A stretch of 64,000 bases of DNA from an uncultured Spirochaetia bacterium (lineage in GTDB: Bacteria; Oederibacteriota; PGYV01), in the NCBI GenBank assembly GCA_964417645.1, contig CAYQIS010000002.1, forward strand, positions 66,583 to 130,582, given 5' to 3'. A program made the translations under genes and the position numbers. The stretch's first letter is position 1, and every line of letters starts with the position of its first letter. Below the pieces are notes generated by a model. The model had not been told where the DNA came from. It made no database searches and was given only the letters and a program-made list of their open reading frames with translations. Shown here in pieces: positions 7,669-17,900 of this stretch.

Positions 7669-9132
7669 ATGCCGGCATCCGATTATGAAGTTGTAATAGG
7701 GCTTGAAGTTCACGCCGAATTAAATACAAACTCCAAAATATTCTGCTCGTGTAAAAATGAATTCGGTGCGGAACCAAACACAAACGTATGTCAGGTATGC
7801 CTTGGGCTTCCGGGTTCGCTTCCCGTTGTTAATGAAAAAGTCATACATCATGCCGTAAAAGCGGGGCTTGCGTTAAACTGCAAAATAGCCGAAAAGACCA
7901 AATTTGACAGAAAAAATTATTATTATCCGGACCTTCCTAAAGCTTATCAAATAAGCCAGTATGACATGCCGATAGCTGTTAAAGGATATATTGATGTCAA
8001 TCTTAAGGACGGAACAAAAAAACGAATTGGCGTAACAAGGCTTCATATGGAAGAGGATGCAGGCAAGCTTATGCATCTTACAAAAACAGGACAAATCGGC
8101 GACGCCGAAGAGAGTCTGGTTGATTATAACCGCGGAGGAGTGCCCTTAATTGAAATTGTAAGCGAACCTGACATGAGAAGCGCGGAAGAAGCTTATGCTT
8201 ATTTGACAACTTTAAAGGCAATACTTAAATATACGGGGGTTTCCGATTGCAATATGGAGGAAGGAAGTCTTCGCTGTGACGCAAATGTCTCAATAAAGCC
8301 AAAAGGACAGAAGGAATTTGGCACCAAGGTTGAAATAAAAAACATGAATTCTTTTAAGAACGTGCAGAAGGCAATAGAGTATGAAGTTGAGCGTCAGGTT
8401 AAAATGGCGGATCAGAAAGAAAAAATAGTTCAGGAGACAAGACTTTGGGATGCAAACAAGGGAAAAACATTTTCCATGAGGAGCAAAGAAGAGTCCCATG
8501 ATTACCGGTATTTTCCCGAACCTGATATCCCCCCGTTTACTTTGTCAAAAGAGTATATCGAAGAAATAAAAAAAGAACTTCCGGAGCTTCCGGGAGCAAA
8601 AGTTGAAAGATTTGTTAAAGATTACGGAATAACCGAATATGATGCATCCGTATTAAGTGAAGATATTTCAAAAGCCGATTTTTTTGAAGAAACCGTCAAA
8701 ATATGCAATGAACCCAAACTTGCGGCCAATTGGATTAATGTGGAATTGGCCGCCAGACTTAACAACGCAGGCATTGAGAATGTCAGGGAAAGCGCCGTTA
8801 CTCCGGCTTTGCTTGGGAAAATGCTGGGTATGATAAAGAAAGGCATAATATCCGGAAAAATAGCAAAAACAGTTTTTGATGATATGTTTACATCTGGAAA
8901 AGATCCGGAGCAAATAGTTTCTGAAAAGGGGCTTGTACAGATAACGGATACAGGTGCAATTGAAGCGTCGGTTGACAAAGTGCTGTCGGCAAACGAAAAA
9001 ATAGTTGCCGAAATAAAGGGAGGCAAGGAAAGCGCTTTGGGCTTCCTGGTTGGCGCCGTCATGAAAGAAACCCGGGGAAAAGCAAACCCGCAGATGGTCA
9101 ATGAGATATTGAGAAAGAAAATTTTTGGATAG
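7669..9132 (+). CDS. gatB: Asp-tRNA(Asn)/Glu-tRNA(Gln) amidotransferase subunit B
   Basis: 'GLEVHAELNT.SKIFC'; 487 aa with typical GatB N-terminus and C-terminal GatB/YqeY domain. Confidence 0.95.
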   Translation: MPASDYEVVIGLEVHAELNTNSKIFCSCKNEFGAEPNTNVCQVCLGLPGSLPVVNEKVIHHAVKAGLALNCKIAEKTKFDRKNYYYPDLPKAYQISQYDMPIAVKGYIDVNLKDGTKKRIGVTRLHMEEDAGKLMHLTKTGQIGDAEESLVDYNRGGVPLIEIVSEPDMRSAEEAYAYLTTLKAILKYTGVSDCNMEEGSLRCDANVSIKPKGQKEFGTKVEIKNMNSFKNVQKAIEYEVERQVKMADQKEKIVQETRLWDANKGKTFSMRSKEESHDYRYFPEPDIPPFTLSKEYIEEIKKELPELPGAKVERFVKDYGITEYDASVLSEDISKADFFEETVKICNEPKLAANWINVELAARLNNAGIENVRESAVTPALLGKMLGMIKKGIISGKIAKTVFDDMFTSGKDPEQIVSEKGLVQITDTGAIEASVDKVLSANEKIVAEIKGGKESALGFLVGAVMKETRGKANPQMVNEILRKKIFG

Positions 9133-9255
9133 CACAAATCCTTAATAAAAAATTTTAAAAAAGATTGTTTTTTATATGCTTTCCGTTTAAAACCCCCCTT
9201 TGTATGTTATGATTGTGTGATTTTAATAAATTAAAGGCGGGAGCATAAACTTTAA

Positions 9256-10647
9256 ATGCAGGAAAAGAAAAAGATTGTCGAAAAAAATCCTGTAAAGAAC
9301 GGGGATGAAATAGAAGCGGATATAATCGATCTTGCCTATGGCGGCGAAGGCGTTGCCAAATATCAAGGATATACCATATTTGTGCGTGAAGGACTTCCCG
9401 GTGACAGAGCCGTAATAAAAATAAAAGAAGCTAAAAAGAATTACGCCAGAGGAATAATCAAAAAAATAATAAAAGATTCCGAAATGTTCATCAATCCCGT
9501 GTGTCCTCATTTTAAGGAGTGCGGCGGATGCCAGTGGCTTCATATGAAATATGAGGATCAGCTTAAATACAAAATAAAATTTATAACGCACAATATGGAA
9601 ACTTTGGCTAAGATACAGGATGCTCCTTACGGAAAAATAATAAGGGGAAGAAGCAGTCTTTATTACAGAAACCGTATGCAGTATAAACTGGCTTTTAAAA
9701 ACGGAAGAATTATAACGGGTTTTTATGAGGAAGACAGCCATAATGTTGTGAATATACATAAATGTTTTATAGCAAACGAAAAGATAAATGAAGCGGCAAA
9801 TATAATAACAGGTACTTTAAATGATATAAAAAAAGAAATAGCCTTGTATGATGAGGAAAAGCACAGCGGTTATTTGAGGCAGCTTGCAATACGCGCAAAT
9901 CAGAGAAACGAACTGCTTGTGACATTTGTAGTTGCCGGGCACGAAGTGAAAAAATTTATAAATTATACGGCCCGTGTCATTGCCGGGAAGATGCCGGAAA
10001 TAAAAGGTGTTACGGTAAATTTTAACACAAAGCCGGGCAACAGAGTTTTTGGGGACAGGGAACAGGTTGTGTTTGGAGAAAAATATCTTGCGGAAAAAGT
10101 TAAAGACATAAGATTTCGTCTTGGTTCGGACACATTTTTTCAGGTCAATACAAAGAGACTTTTTGATATGCTTGAATTTGTTGACAGACACACGAAAAAA
10201 GGAGCCAAAGTGCTTGATTTATACGGAGGAATAGGAGCTCTTTCGCTGCCTTTTTACGGAAAATTTTCCTCCATATCAGTGGTTGAAGTTAATTCCGCAT
10301 CCGTAAATCTTTTAAATGAAATATTGGCTGACAATAATGTTTCTAATACAAAGGCAATACTTGCTGATGCGCAGACAAGTACGGGTTTAATATTGAAAGA
10401 GCAGAATCCTGACACAATAATTGTTGATCCGCCCAGAAAGGGAATACATGAAGCCGCGCTGCTTGCGATAAAAAAATCGAATGCAAAAACGCTTGTTTAT
10501 ATATCCTGCAATCCGGTTACCTTTGCAAGGGATATGGCTTTTTTAAAAGAAGAGTTTGAAGCCGTTGAAATAACGCCGGCCGATCTTTTTCCCAACACTT
10601 ATCATGTGGAAATTCTTGCCTGTCTTAAAAGGAAAACAAAAAGATGA
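9256..10647 (+). CDS. rlmD: 23S rRNA (uracil-5)-methyltransferase RlmD/RumA family (TRAM + [4Fe-4S] + SAM MTase)
   Basis: N-terminal TRAM 'GDEIEADIIDLAYGGEGVAK', Cys cluster 'CPHFKECGGCQWLH', 'LDLYGGIG' SAM motif. Confidence 0.85.
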   Translation: MQEKKKIVEKNPVKNGDEIEADIIDLAYGGEGVAKYQGYTIFVREGLPGDRAVIKIKEAKKNYARGIIKKIIKDSEMFINPVCPHFKECGGCQWLHMKYEDQLKYKIKFITHNMETLAKIQDAPYGKIIRGRSSLYYRNRMQYKLAFKNGRIITGFYEEDSHNVVNIHKCFIANEKINEAANIITGTLNDIKKEIALYDEEKHSGYLRQLAIRANQRNELLVTFVVAGHEVKKFINYTARVIAGKMPEIKGVTVNFNTKPGNRVFGDREQVVFGEKYLAEKVKDIRFRLGSDTFFQVNTKRLFDMLEFVDRHTKKGAKVLDLYGGIGALSLPFYGKFSSISVVEVNSASVNLLNEILADNNVSNTKAILADAQTSTGLILKEQNPDTIIVDPPRKGIHEAALLAIKKSNAKTLVYISCNPVTFARDMAFLKEEFEAVEITPADLFPNTYHVEILACLKRKTKR

Positions 10648-11390
10648 AAGAGGAAGTTATAAAATTTAAAAATGTTTCGGTTTTAAGACATAAAAAAATA
10701 TTGGACAGAATAAGTTTTTGCATAAGACAAGGGCAGCATACGGCTATATTGGGCCCAAACGGCTCCGGAAAATCAACAATAATTAAGCTTATAAGCAGGG
10801 ATATATATCCTTTACAGGATGAACCCGGATTTGAGTTTAAAATATGGGGAAGAGATGACTGGGATGTGGCGGAACTAAGAAAAAAATTGGGAATTGTAAC
10901 CCCTTCACTTCAGGAAAATTTCAATCGGGATATACCTGCAATAGAGGTTGTTGTTTCGGGATATTTTTCCGGAATAGGAATTTATAAAAATATGAAATAC
11001 ACAAAAAAAATGATAAATGATTCAATGCTTGCGCTTAAAAAAATGGGTGTTGATAAGCTTGCTTTACGAACAATGGACACATTGTCAACGGGCGAAGCAA
11101 GACGTGTGTTAATAGCCCGAGCGCTTGTTCATAATCCGAAAGCGCTGCTTCTGGATGAGCCTACCGGCGGGCTTGATATGGCATCCGCGATAAATTTCAG
11201 AAAAAAAATAACCCGGATTTCAAAGACAATAACGATAATAATTGCAACGCATGATGTTGAAGATTTGATACCCGAAATAAAAAGGGTTATATTGTTAAAA
11301 AACGGAAAAATTTTTATGGATACAGACAGAAAAAACGCAATGAAACCGGAGAATTTAAATAAAATGTATGGCATGAAGGTGTATAAATGA
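10644..11390 (+). CDS. ABC transporter ATP-binding protein
   Basis: Walker A 'GPNGSGKST', signature 'LSTGEARR', Walker B 'LLLDEPTGGLD'. Confidence 0.85.
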   Translation: MKEEVIKFKNVSVLRHKKILDRISFCIRQGQHTAILGPNGSGKSTIIKLISRDIYPLQDEPGFEFKIWGRDDWDVAELRKKLGIVTPSLQENFNRDIPAIEVVVSGYFSGIGIYKNMKYTKKMINDSMLALKKMGVDKLALRTMDTLSTGEARRVLIARALVHNPKALLLDEPTGGLDMASAINFRKKITRISKTITIIIATHDVEDLIPEIKRVILLKNGKIFMDTDRKNAMKPENLNKMYGMKVYK

Positions 11391-12664
11391 AAGTTTACAT
11401 TAAAACTTTTGGATGCCAGATGAACGAGTATGATTCCGAAAGGATGTCGGCTGTACTTTATGCAGCCGGTCATGAAATTGTATATGAAGAAAGAGAAGCT
11501 GACGCGGTAATCATAAACACATGCTCTGTAAGAAAACATGCTGAGGACAGAGCTTTTTCTTATATAGGAACTGTTGACAGGAATAAGCGAATAATAATAA
11601 CCGGCTGTATGGCGCAATCCATGCGAAAAAAAATATTTTCAAGCTTTCCTTATATTCATGCTGTTGCGGGCACGGCTTATTTTAACAGTATTGCGGAAAT
11701 TTTAAACGGCAAAAGCGGCGCTGTATATGCGGATATAAATAAAAAAAATGTGGAAAATTTATCAACAGTTCTTGAAACCAAAAAAGTTGACGGTTATCTT
11801 GCGGTTATGACCGGTTGTGACAATTTTTGTTCTTATTGCATAGTTCCATATACAAGAGGAAGGGAAAAAAGCAGGAAACCCTCGGAGATAATTGATGAAC
11901 TTGTAAAAATGGTAAAGGCGGGTTATAAGGAAATAACTCTTCTTGGACAAAATGTAAATTCTTATAAGGATTCGGAAACCGGGAAAAGTTTTCCGGAACT
12001 TCTTAATGACTGTGCCAAAGTACAGGGTGTTTTAAAATTAAGATTCATGACTTCCCATCCAAAAGACATATCGGAAGAACTTGTGAAAGCAATGGCGGCA
12101 AACCGCAATATATGCAGGCATATACATTTGCCTGTACAGTCAGGTTCCGACAAAATTCTTTACGCTATGAACAGGAAGTATACCGCGAAAATTTATATCG
12201 ATAAAATTAAAATGATACGTTCAATAATTCCGGAATGCGCCATAACAACCGATATACTGCTGGGATTTCCCGGTGAAACGGAAGAAGATTTTATGGAAAC
12301 GGTAAATTTGATAAAAGAAGTCAGGTTTGATGCTTCGTATATATTCAAATATTCGCCCAGAACGGGTACTGAAGCCGCGAAGCTTGCTGACACTGTGCCG
12401 GAATATGTCAAAGCATACAGGAATAAATATGTGCTTGAATTGCAAAAACAAATAAGCGAAGATATAAACAAATTGATGCTTGATAAAGTTGAAGAAGCGC
12501 TTGCTTTGCGTGTAAGCACAAAGAGAAAAGATGAAATTGAATGCAGACTTGACAGCGGGAAAAAAGTTTTTGTAAAAGCCGGCAGAGAGAAAATCGGAAG
12601 TTTGTTAAAAGTAAAACTTATTTCTTTGCGCGGCATGCATTTTGAAGGAGATGTCGTTGAATGA
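11387..12664 (+). CDS. miaB: MiaB-family radical SAM methylthiotransferase (tRNA-i6A37 methylthiotransferase-like)
   Basis: N-terminal 'KTFGCQMNEYDSE', radical SAM 'CDNFCSYCIVP', C-terminal TRAM. Confidence 0.85.
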   Translation: MKVYIKTFGCQMNEYDSERMSAVLYAAGHEIVYEEREADAVIINTCSVRKHAEDRAFSYIGTVDRNKRIIITGCMAQSMRKKIFSSFPYIHAVAGTAYFNSIAEILNGKSGAVYADINKKNVENLSTVLETKKVDGYLAVMTGCDNFCSYCIVPYTRGREKSRKPSEIIDELVKMVKAGYKEITLLGQNVNSYKDSETGKSFPELLNDCAKVQGVLKLRFMTSHPKDISEELVKAMAANRNICRHIHLPVQSGSDKILYAMNRKYTAKIYIDKIKMIRSIIPECAITTDILLGFPGETEEDFMETVNLIKEVRFDASYIFKYSPRTGTEAAKLADTVPEYVKAYRNKYVLELQKQISEDINKLMLDKVEEALALRVSTKRKDEIECRLDSGKKVFVKAGREKIGSLLKVKLISLRGMHFEGDVVE

Positions 12665-13731
12665 AAAAAACATTGTGTTTTTTGGCCGTTTTTTTTCTTT
12701 TTTCTTCGATTTCTTTTGCCGTAATTATTGAGGAAGATGCATATATTGAGGCGATGGATAAATATAATAAAAAGGATTATTCCGCCTCAATGCCCAGGTT
12801 TCAAAAGTTTCTTGATAATTTTCCGAACTCAAAATACAGGCCGGTTGCGCTTTTAAAAATAGCGGATATGACGGAAGATTATGTCCGTAAAAAAGAGATT
12901 TATGAGCGTGTTATAAAAGAAAATCCGGGTTCTGAATATGAAGCGGAAGCTCTTTTTTCTTTGGGAAAGATGTATTATGCACGTGGAAATATGCAGAAGT
13001 GCGAGGAATACATGGATATAGTTGCGGGTAAATATCCGGACACTGTTTATATGGAACCGGTCTATTATTATTCGGCGCTTGCTTTAAATGCGCAGAAAAA
13101 ATGGAATGAAACAAAGAAAAAGTATGACGAATATATTTCAAAAGGATATTATCAATATAAAACGAGGATGGAACTTGTGCTTGGAGATGCATGCTTTTCA
13201 ACGGCGGAATATAAAAAAGCCGCGGAGTCTTATCAAAAGGTTCTTGACTCGGATGAAACAAAAGAACGTGAGATTTACAGGCCGGCTGTTTACAGGAAAC
13301 TTGCTGAAGCGTTAAGAAAATCCGGGGATGAAAAAGGAGCGGAAAAAGTTCTTGATGACTTTAGATACAAATATCCGGATGCGTTTAACAGTTCCGGACT
13401 CAAAATTTCAACGACTCCCGCATTTGCGGCGGATGCTCCGTCTGCAAAACTTTCGCCGACGGCGACACCGTCGGCCGTTAAAGTCGATTTTAAGAAACAA
13501 GCAGCGGTAAAAACAAATAATGGAACTTTTACTCTTCAGCTTGGGGCCTTTGGCAGCGAAAAAAACGCAAAAAAGTTGGAAGCAGAATTTAAGAAAAAGG
13601 GCATCAGGGTAAGAATAGAAAAAGCCGGAAATCTTTACAGAGTAAGGACAGGGCATTTTAAAACAAAAGCAGAGGCCGAAAACTTTGCAAAAAGAAATTC
13701 CATTGAAAATTATGTTATAAAGGAAGATTAA
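12661..13731 (+). CDS. Secreted TPR-repeat protein with C-terminal SPOR (peptidoglycan-binding) domain
   Basis: Signal peptide; TPR-like helical repeats; C-terminus 'FTLQLGAFGSEKNAKKLEAEFKKKGIRVRIEKAGNLYRVRTGHFKTKAEAENFAK' = SPOR. Confidence 0.7.
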   Translation: MKKTLCFLAVFFLFSSISFAVIIEEDAYIEAMDKYNKKDYSASMPRFQKFLDNFPNSKYRPVALLKIADMTEDYVRKKEIYERVIKENPGSEYEAEALFSLGKMYYARGNMQKCEEYMDIVAGKYPDTVYMEPVYYYSALALNAQKKWNETKKKYDEYISKGYYQYKTRMELVLGDACFSTAEYKKAAESYQKVLDSDETKEREIYRPAVYRKLAEALRKSGDEKGAEKVLDDFRYKYPDAFNSSGLKISTTPAFAADAPSAKLSPTATPSAVKVDFKKQAAVKTNNGTFTLQLGAFGSEKNAKKLEAEFKKKGIRVRIEKAGNLYRVRTGHFKTKAEAENFAKRNSIENYVIKED

Positions 13732-13732
13732 A

Positions 13733-14071
13733 TCAGCTGACAGCAGCTTCTCCTTCTTCTCCTGTACGTATCCTTATAACATTTTCCAGGCTTATTATAA
13801 ATATTTTGCCGTCGCCTATTTTGCCGCTCCATGCGGTTTTCTTTATTGTTTCAACCGCGGTATTTACCAGAGAATCTTTTAAAGCCATTATAATCATTGT
13901 CTTATGCAATAAATGGCTTTCAAGCAGGTCTGAAAAAAGGTATTTATAACCTCTTTGAGTGCCTGCTCCAAGAGCGGGAAGCACTGTCATATTGGCAAGC
14001 CCCGCTTCTGACAGGTCATGCTTTACGGAATCAAGTTTTTCGGGCTGTATAAGCGCTATAAGCATCTTCAT
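13733..14071 (-). CDS. glnB: Nitrogen regulatory protein P-II
   Basis: 112 aa, 'GKIGDGKIFIISLENVIRIRTGEEGEAAV' is the classic P-II C-terminus; T-loop 'GAGTQRGYKY'. Confidence 0.9.
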   Translation of the reverse strand: MKMLIALIQPEKLDSVKHDLSEAGLANMTVLPALGAGTQRGYKYLFSDLLESHLLHKTMIIMALKDSLVNTAVETIKKTAWSGKIGDGKIFIISLENVIRIRTGEEGEAAVS

Positions 14072-14188
14072 AAAAACCTCCTTGTTTTTTTAGAGAGAGG
14101 CGGGCCCCCGGGCAGGAGCCCGCCTGTTGGAGGAGCAGATGCGCTGCCGGATTTTTACCGGCCAACGATTGCTTCGTGATATATCCAT

Positions 14189-14205
14189 ATGCAAGGCGCG
14201 TGCCG
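14189..14205 (-). promoter_or_regulatory. Near-consensus sigma-54 (-24/-12) promoter for glnB
   Basis: Minus-strand read 'cGGCACGcgccTTGCAt' versus consensus TGGCACG-N4-TTGCA, correct GG-N10-GC spacing; about 118 nt upstream of the glnB ATG. Confidence 0.55.
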
Positions 14206-14244
14206 CAGTATTTTGCTTTAACAGCTGATTATTTGATTAAAAAA

Positions 14245-14259
14245 CAGGCAGTATGCCTG
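14245..14259. promoter_or_regulatory. Palindrome CAGGCA-GTA-TGCCTG upstream of the sigma-54 promoter (candidate enhancer-binding-protein site)
   Basis: Perfect 6-3-6 inverted repeat about 40 bp upstream of the -24 element. Confidence 0.35.
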
Positions 14260-14338
14260 ATTCACATCCAAATAATGTGCGTTTACACGGCAGTTTATTT
14301 CTAATATAATGTAATCAGAAAAAACAAGGAGGCATGCT

Positions 14339-14998
14339 ATGGCTGAAGAAAAAAAGCAGGCCAGCATTAAAATGGTTCAAAAAACTTCAATTTTGGGAAC
14401 TGACAAGGAAGGGAACACAACATATAAGTTAAGTTTTTATGCCGATGACACTCCAATAAAGTCAAAAACAGGAATTGAAGTTTATGCAATAGAAGTCCTG
14501 GATAAAGACGGAAAACTTATCAGGTATGAAATGGTGGGGGATGTGCCCGACGGAACCGTGTGCGAGTACTATGAAAACGGCGAATTAATGATGGAAAAAA
14601 ACTATTTTAACGGACTTAAAAACGGAGCATATAAATTGTATTATCCCTCCGGAAAAATATGGAAAGAAGGCAAATTCGCAAACGATCAGATGATAAGGCT
14701 GAAAACATACAGTGAAAGCGGCAAATTGGTGTCTGAAAAAATATTTTCTGAGATTGTTTCGATTAAAACCGGAGACACGGAAGTTTTTTATCGCCAGGGA
14801 AGGGAAATAGCAAGATGGATTTACGGGGCAGACGGAACGGTAAAAAAATACGGGGAAAGCATTGACGGCATAGTTAAATATTATGTGGGCAAGCATCTTA
14901 AAGAAGAACATGAATATGATGACGGAAAAATTACTGCCATAAGAAAATTTACAAAAGACGGAAAATTGCTTTCCGAAAAAAATTTTCCAAGGGAATAG
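14339..14998 (+). CDS. MORN-repeat-variant protein (YwqK-like)
   Basis: Multiple 'YY-NG-L--E--Y-NG-K-G' repeats; RBS 'AAGGAGG'. Confidence 0.65.
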   Translation: MAEEKKQASIKMVQKTSILGTDKEGNTTYKLSFYADDTPIKSKTGIEVYAIEVLDKDGKLIRYEMVGDVPDGTVCEYYENGELMMEKNYFNGLKNGAYKLYYPSGKIWKEGKFANDQMIRLKTYSESGKLVSEKIFSEIVSIKTGDTEVFYRQGREIARWIYGADGTVKKYGESIDGIVKYYVGKHLKEEHEYDDGKITAIRKFTKDGKLLSEKNFPRE

Positions 14999-17900
14999 AT
15001 GAAAAAAGCATTCTTTTTAATTTTACTGCTTTGCAACAATGTTTTTTCGTACGGCAGCATGTTTGATTTCTATATTCCTTGGAATGACTCATCGCCTTCA
15101 ATAACAGACATGTCTTCTTTTGTGGCCAGAAATATTGATGCGGACGGTTTTGTTAAAACCGACGCCAACGGTCATTTTGTTGTTAATTCGGGCAGGATAA
15201 AATTCTGGGGAACCAATACAACTTTCGGAGGAAACTTCCCTTCAAACACAAATGCATCTTATGTTGCATCAAGGCTTGCGAAATACGGGTTTAATGTAAT
15301 AAGGTTCCATCATATGGATATGTACAGTATATGGACAACAACAAATCCGGACAGGGTGTTGTCTGCATCACAGCTTCAAAAAATGGATTTTTTTATTAAT
15401 GAACTGAAGAAAAAAGGTGTTTATACAGACCTTAATCTTTTGGTGTCAAGGCCTTTTGCGCAGGGCGGCGAACTTCACCCTGACATTAACCAGATATCAG
15501 ACTGGAAAGTAAGGGCGGTTCTTGGTTTTTTTGACCCTGCGGTAAAACAGCTTCAGAAGGATTTTGCGCGGGACCTTTTAACTCATGTAAATCCTTATAC
15601 AGGAAACGCATATATTAACGAGCCTGCGGTTGCGTTTATTGAAATTAATAACGAAAACGGGCTTGTGCATGCTTTTTTATCCGGGCAGACTGATTACCTT
15701 CCCTCGTATTATTCCCAGGAAATTAATTCACAGTGGAATGGCTGGCTTAAGACAAAGTATGCTTCCGATTCCGAACTTGAAACGGCATGGGGCGTTTTAA
15801 ATCAGCCGCTTGGATCCGAACTTCTTTCAAACGGAACTTTTTCTTCCGGGGTTCTATCCCCTTGGTTATACAATCCTCAGCCCGGAGTGACAGGATCCGG
15901 AACTGTTGATATTGGGGCGGGTCCGGGAGGAATTAATGCGGCAAAAATTAATGTTGTTGTTCCGGGTACGGCAGGATGGTATGTTCAGTTCAACCATGGA
16001 GGGCTTAATGTAACAGCCGGCGTGCCTTATACGATAACCTTTTATGCTAAAGCCGACACGGCAAGGACGGTATCGGTGTCTTTGGGTATGAATCACACGC
16101 CATGGTCAAATCTGGGATTTACGGCAAACATTAATCTGACATCGTCCTGGCAGTTATTTGCATTTACGTTTACCCCCAGCCAATCGGATACAAATGCAAG
16201 AATAAATTTCGGGGAAATGGGGCTTGCAGCAAACGCAACCTATTGGTTCACGGATATTTCTCTTAAACAAGGGGGGATGCTTGGGCTTTCCCAGGGTGAA
16301 AGCCTTTACGGAACGGGGATAGAAAATTTTAAATTTGCGGGCGGGCCGGCAAGGACAGCGGAAGCAAGGAAGGACTGGTTCAGGTTTCTTACAAAGACTG
16401 AAACCGATTATTGGCTTGAAATGTATGATTACATAAAAAACACGTTGGGCGCAAAAAGCCTGGTATTTGGCACAATAATAGGATGCAGCAATCCCAATGT
16501 TCAGGCAAAACTTGACGCCATTGACACACACGCTTATTGGGAGCATCCCATATTCCCGGGAACTCCGTGGGACAGTGTGGACTGGTATCTTAACAACAAG
16601 GCCATGGTGAATTATCCTGACAGTTCAACGGTTGCGTCAATAGGCATGAAAAGCGTTCTTAATAAGCCTTTGTTAATAACCGAAACAAACAGCCCCCATC
16701 CGGGAACTTTTTCTTCGGATCACAGTTTTATAACTTCTGCGTATGCGTCATTCCAGGATTGGGACGCCGTATTTCCTTTTGATTATAACGGTGATGACAA
16801 TTGGGATAAAAGGTATATAGACGGCTATTTTGCGGTTGCAAACAATCCGCTTAAAATGGCCTCGTATCCCGCATCCGTGATTTCGTTTTACAGGGGGGAC
16901 ATAAAGCCGGCAAATCAGCAAATTGTTGTTCCCATAGGGGCCGAGGATGAAATTAACGGTTTGTTAACCGCAGGAGCGTGGAAACTGGTTGATGCGGAAA
17001 AAGCCGGCGAAAACGCCAAAGCGGTCTATATACATAAAGTCAGGATAGCGGTTGAAGGTCAAAGCGTGCCTTCCGGTTCCATTGCTCCCGGCACCACAAA
17101 TGTTTCCGGTTCTGTCCTTGTTTCTGACACGGGTGAATTAAGATGGGATAACACATACCCTTTAAACGGTGTATTTATTGCCGACACGGCAAAGACAAAA
17201 TATCTCACGGGATTTACGGCGGAACGAACTTATTACTTATCAGGCGTTACAATTACTCCCAGGGCCGGACTGCAGAATTTCTCGGCCATTGCCTTAAATG
17301 CGCTTGACGGAAATTCCTTTGATTCGGCAACAAGAATACTTGTTACGGCTCTTGGCTGCCAGAAAAACAACGGAGACAGCTGGTATATATATCCAAATAC
17401 GCCGGTTTCTTTTCCTCCGCCGCACGGAGCATCAATTACATTAAGAAACAACTGGGGTTATGCGCAGTCAAAGGTTGAAGGAGTGACGGCGGATATAATA
17501 CTTCCTTGTAATCCTCTGAATACGCGGGTATGGGCGCTTGACAACTCCGGCGCGCGTTCAATGACTGTTACGGTTAATGATTCGGCTGGAAACGCATCTT
17601 TTAGGATAGCCGACGGATATGGGGCGGTTTGGTATGAAGTTGAAGTGCTGCATCCTGAATATACCCCAACGGTTACGCCTTCAATTACACCGTTTTTAAC
17701 TCCCACAATCACCCCGACGGTTACAATGACATCAACCATGATAACGGCTGATATTATAGACGACTTTGTTGACATGAACACACAGAATTACTGGATGGGA
17801 TACTGGTATTCATATAAGGACCCAGCATCAACAATGAATGCGCAAACGGAAAGCGCGGGAGGCCCGATAACAAGCACGGGTGCTTATCATGCTTCGGCAA

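Noticed and set aside
8622-9137. Two overlapping minus-strand ORFs (171 and 155 aa)
   Set aside because: Antisense to gatB, which has unambiguous conserved motifs.
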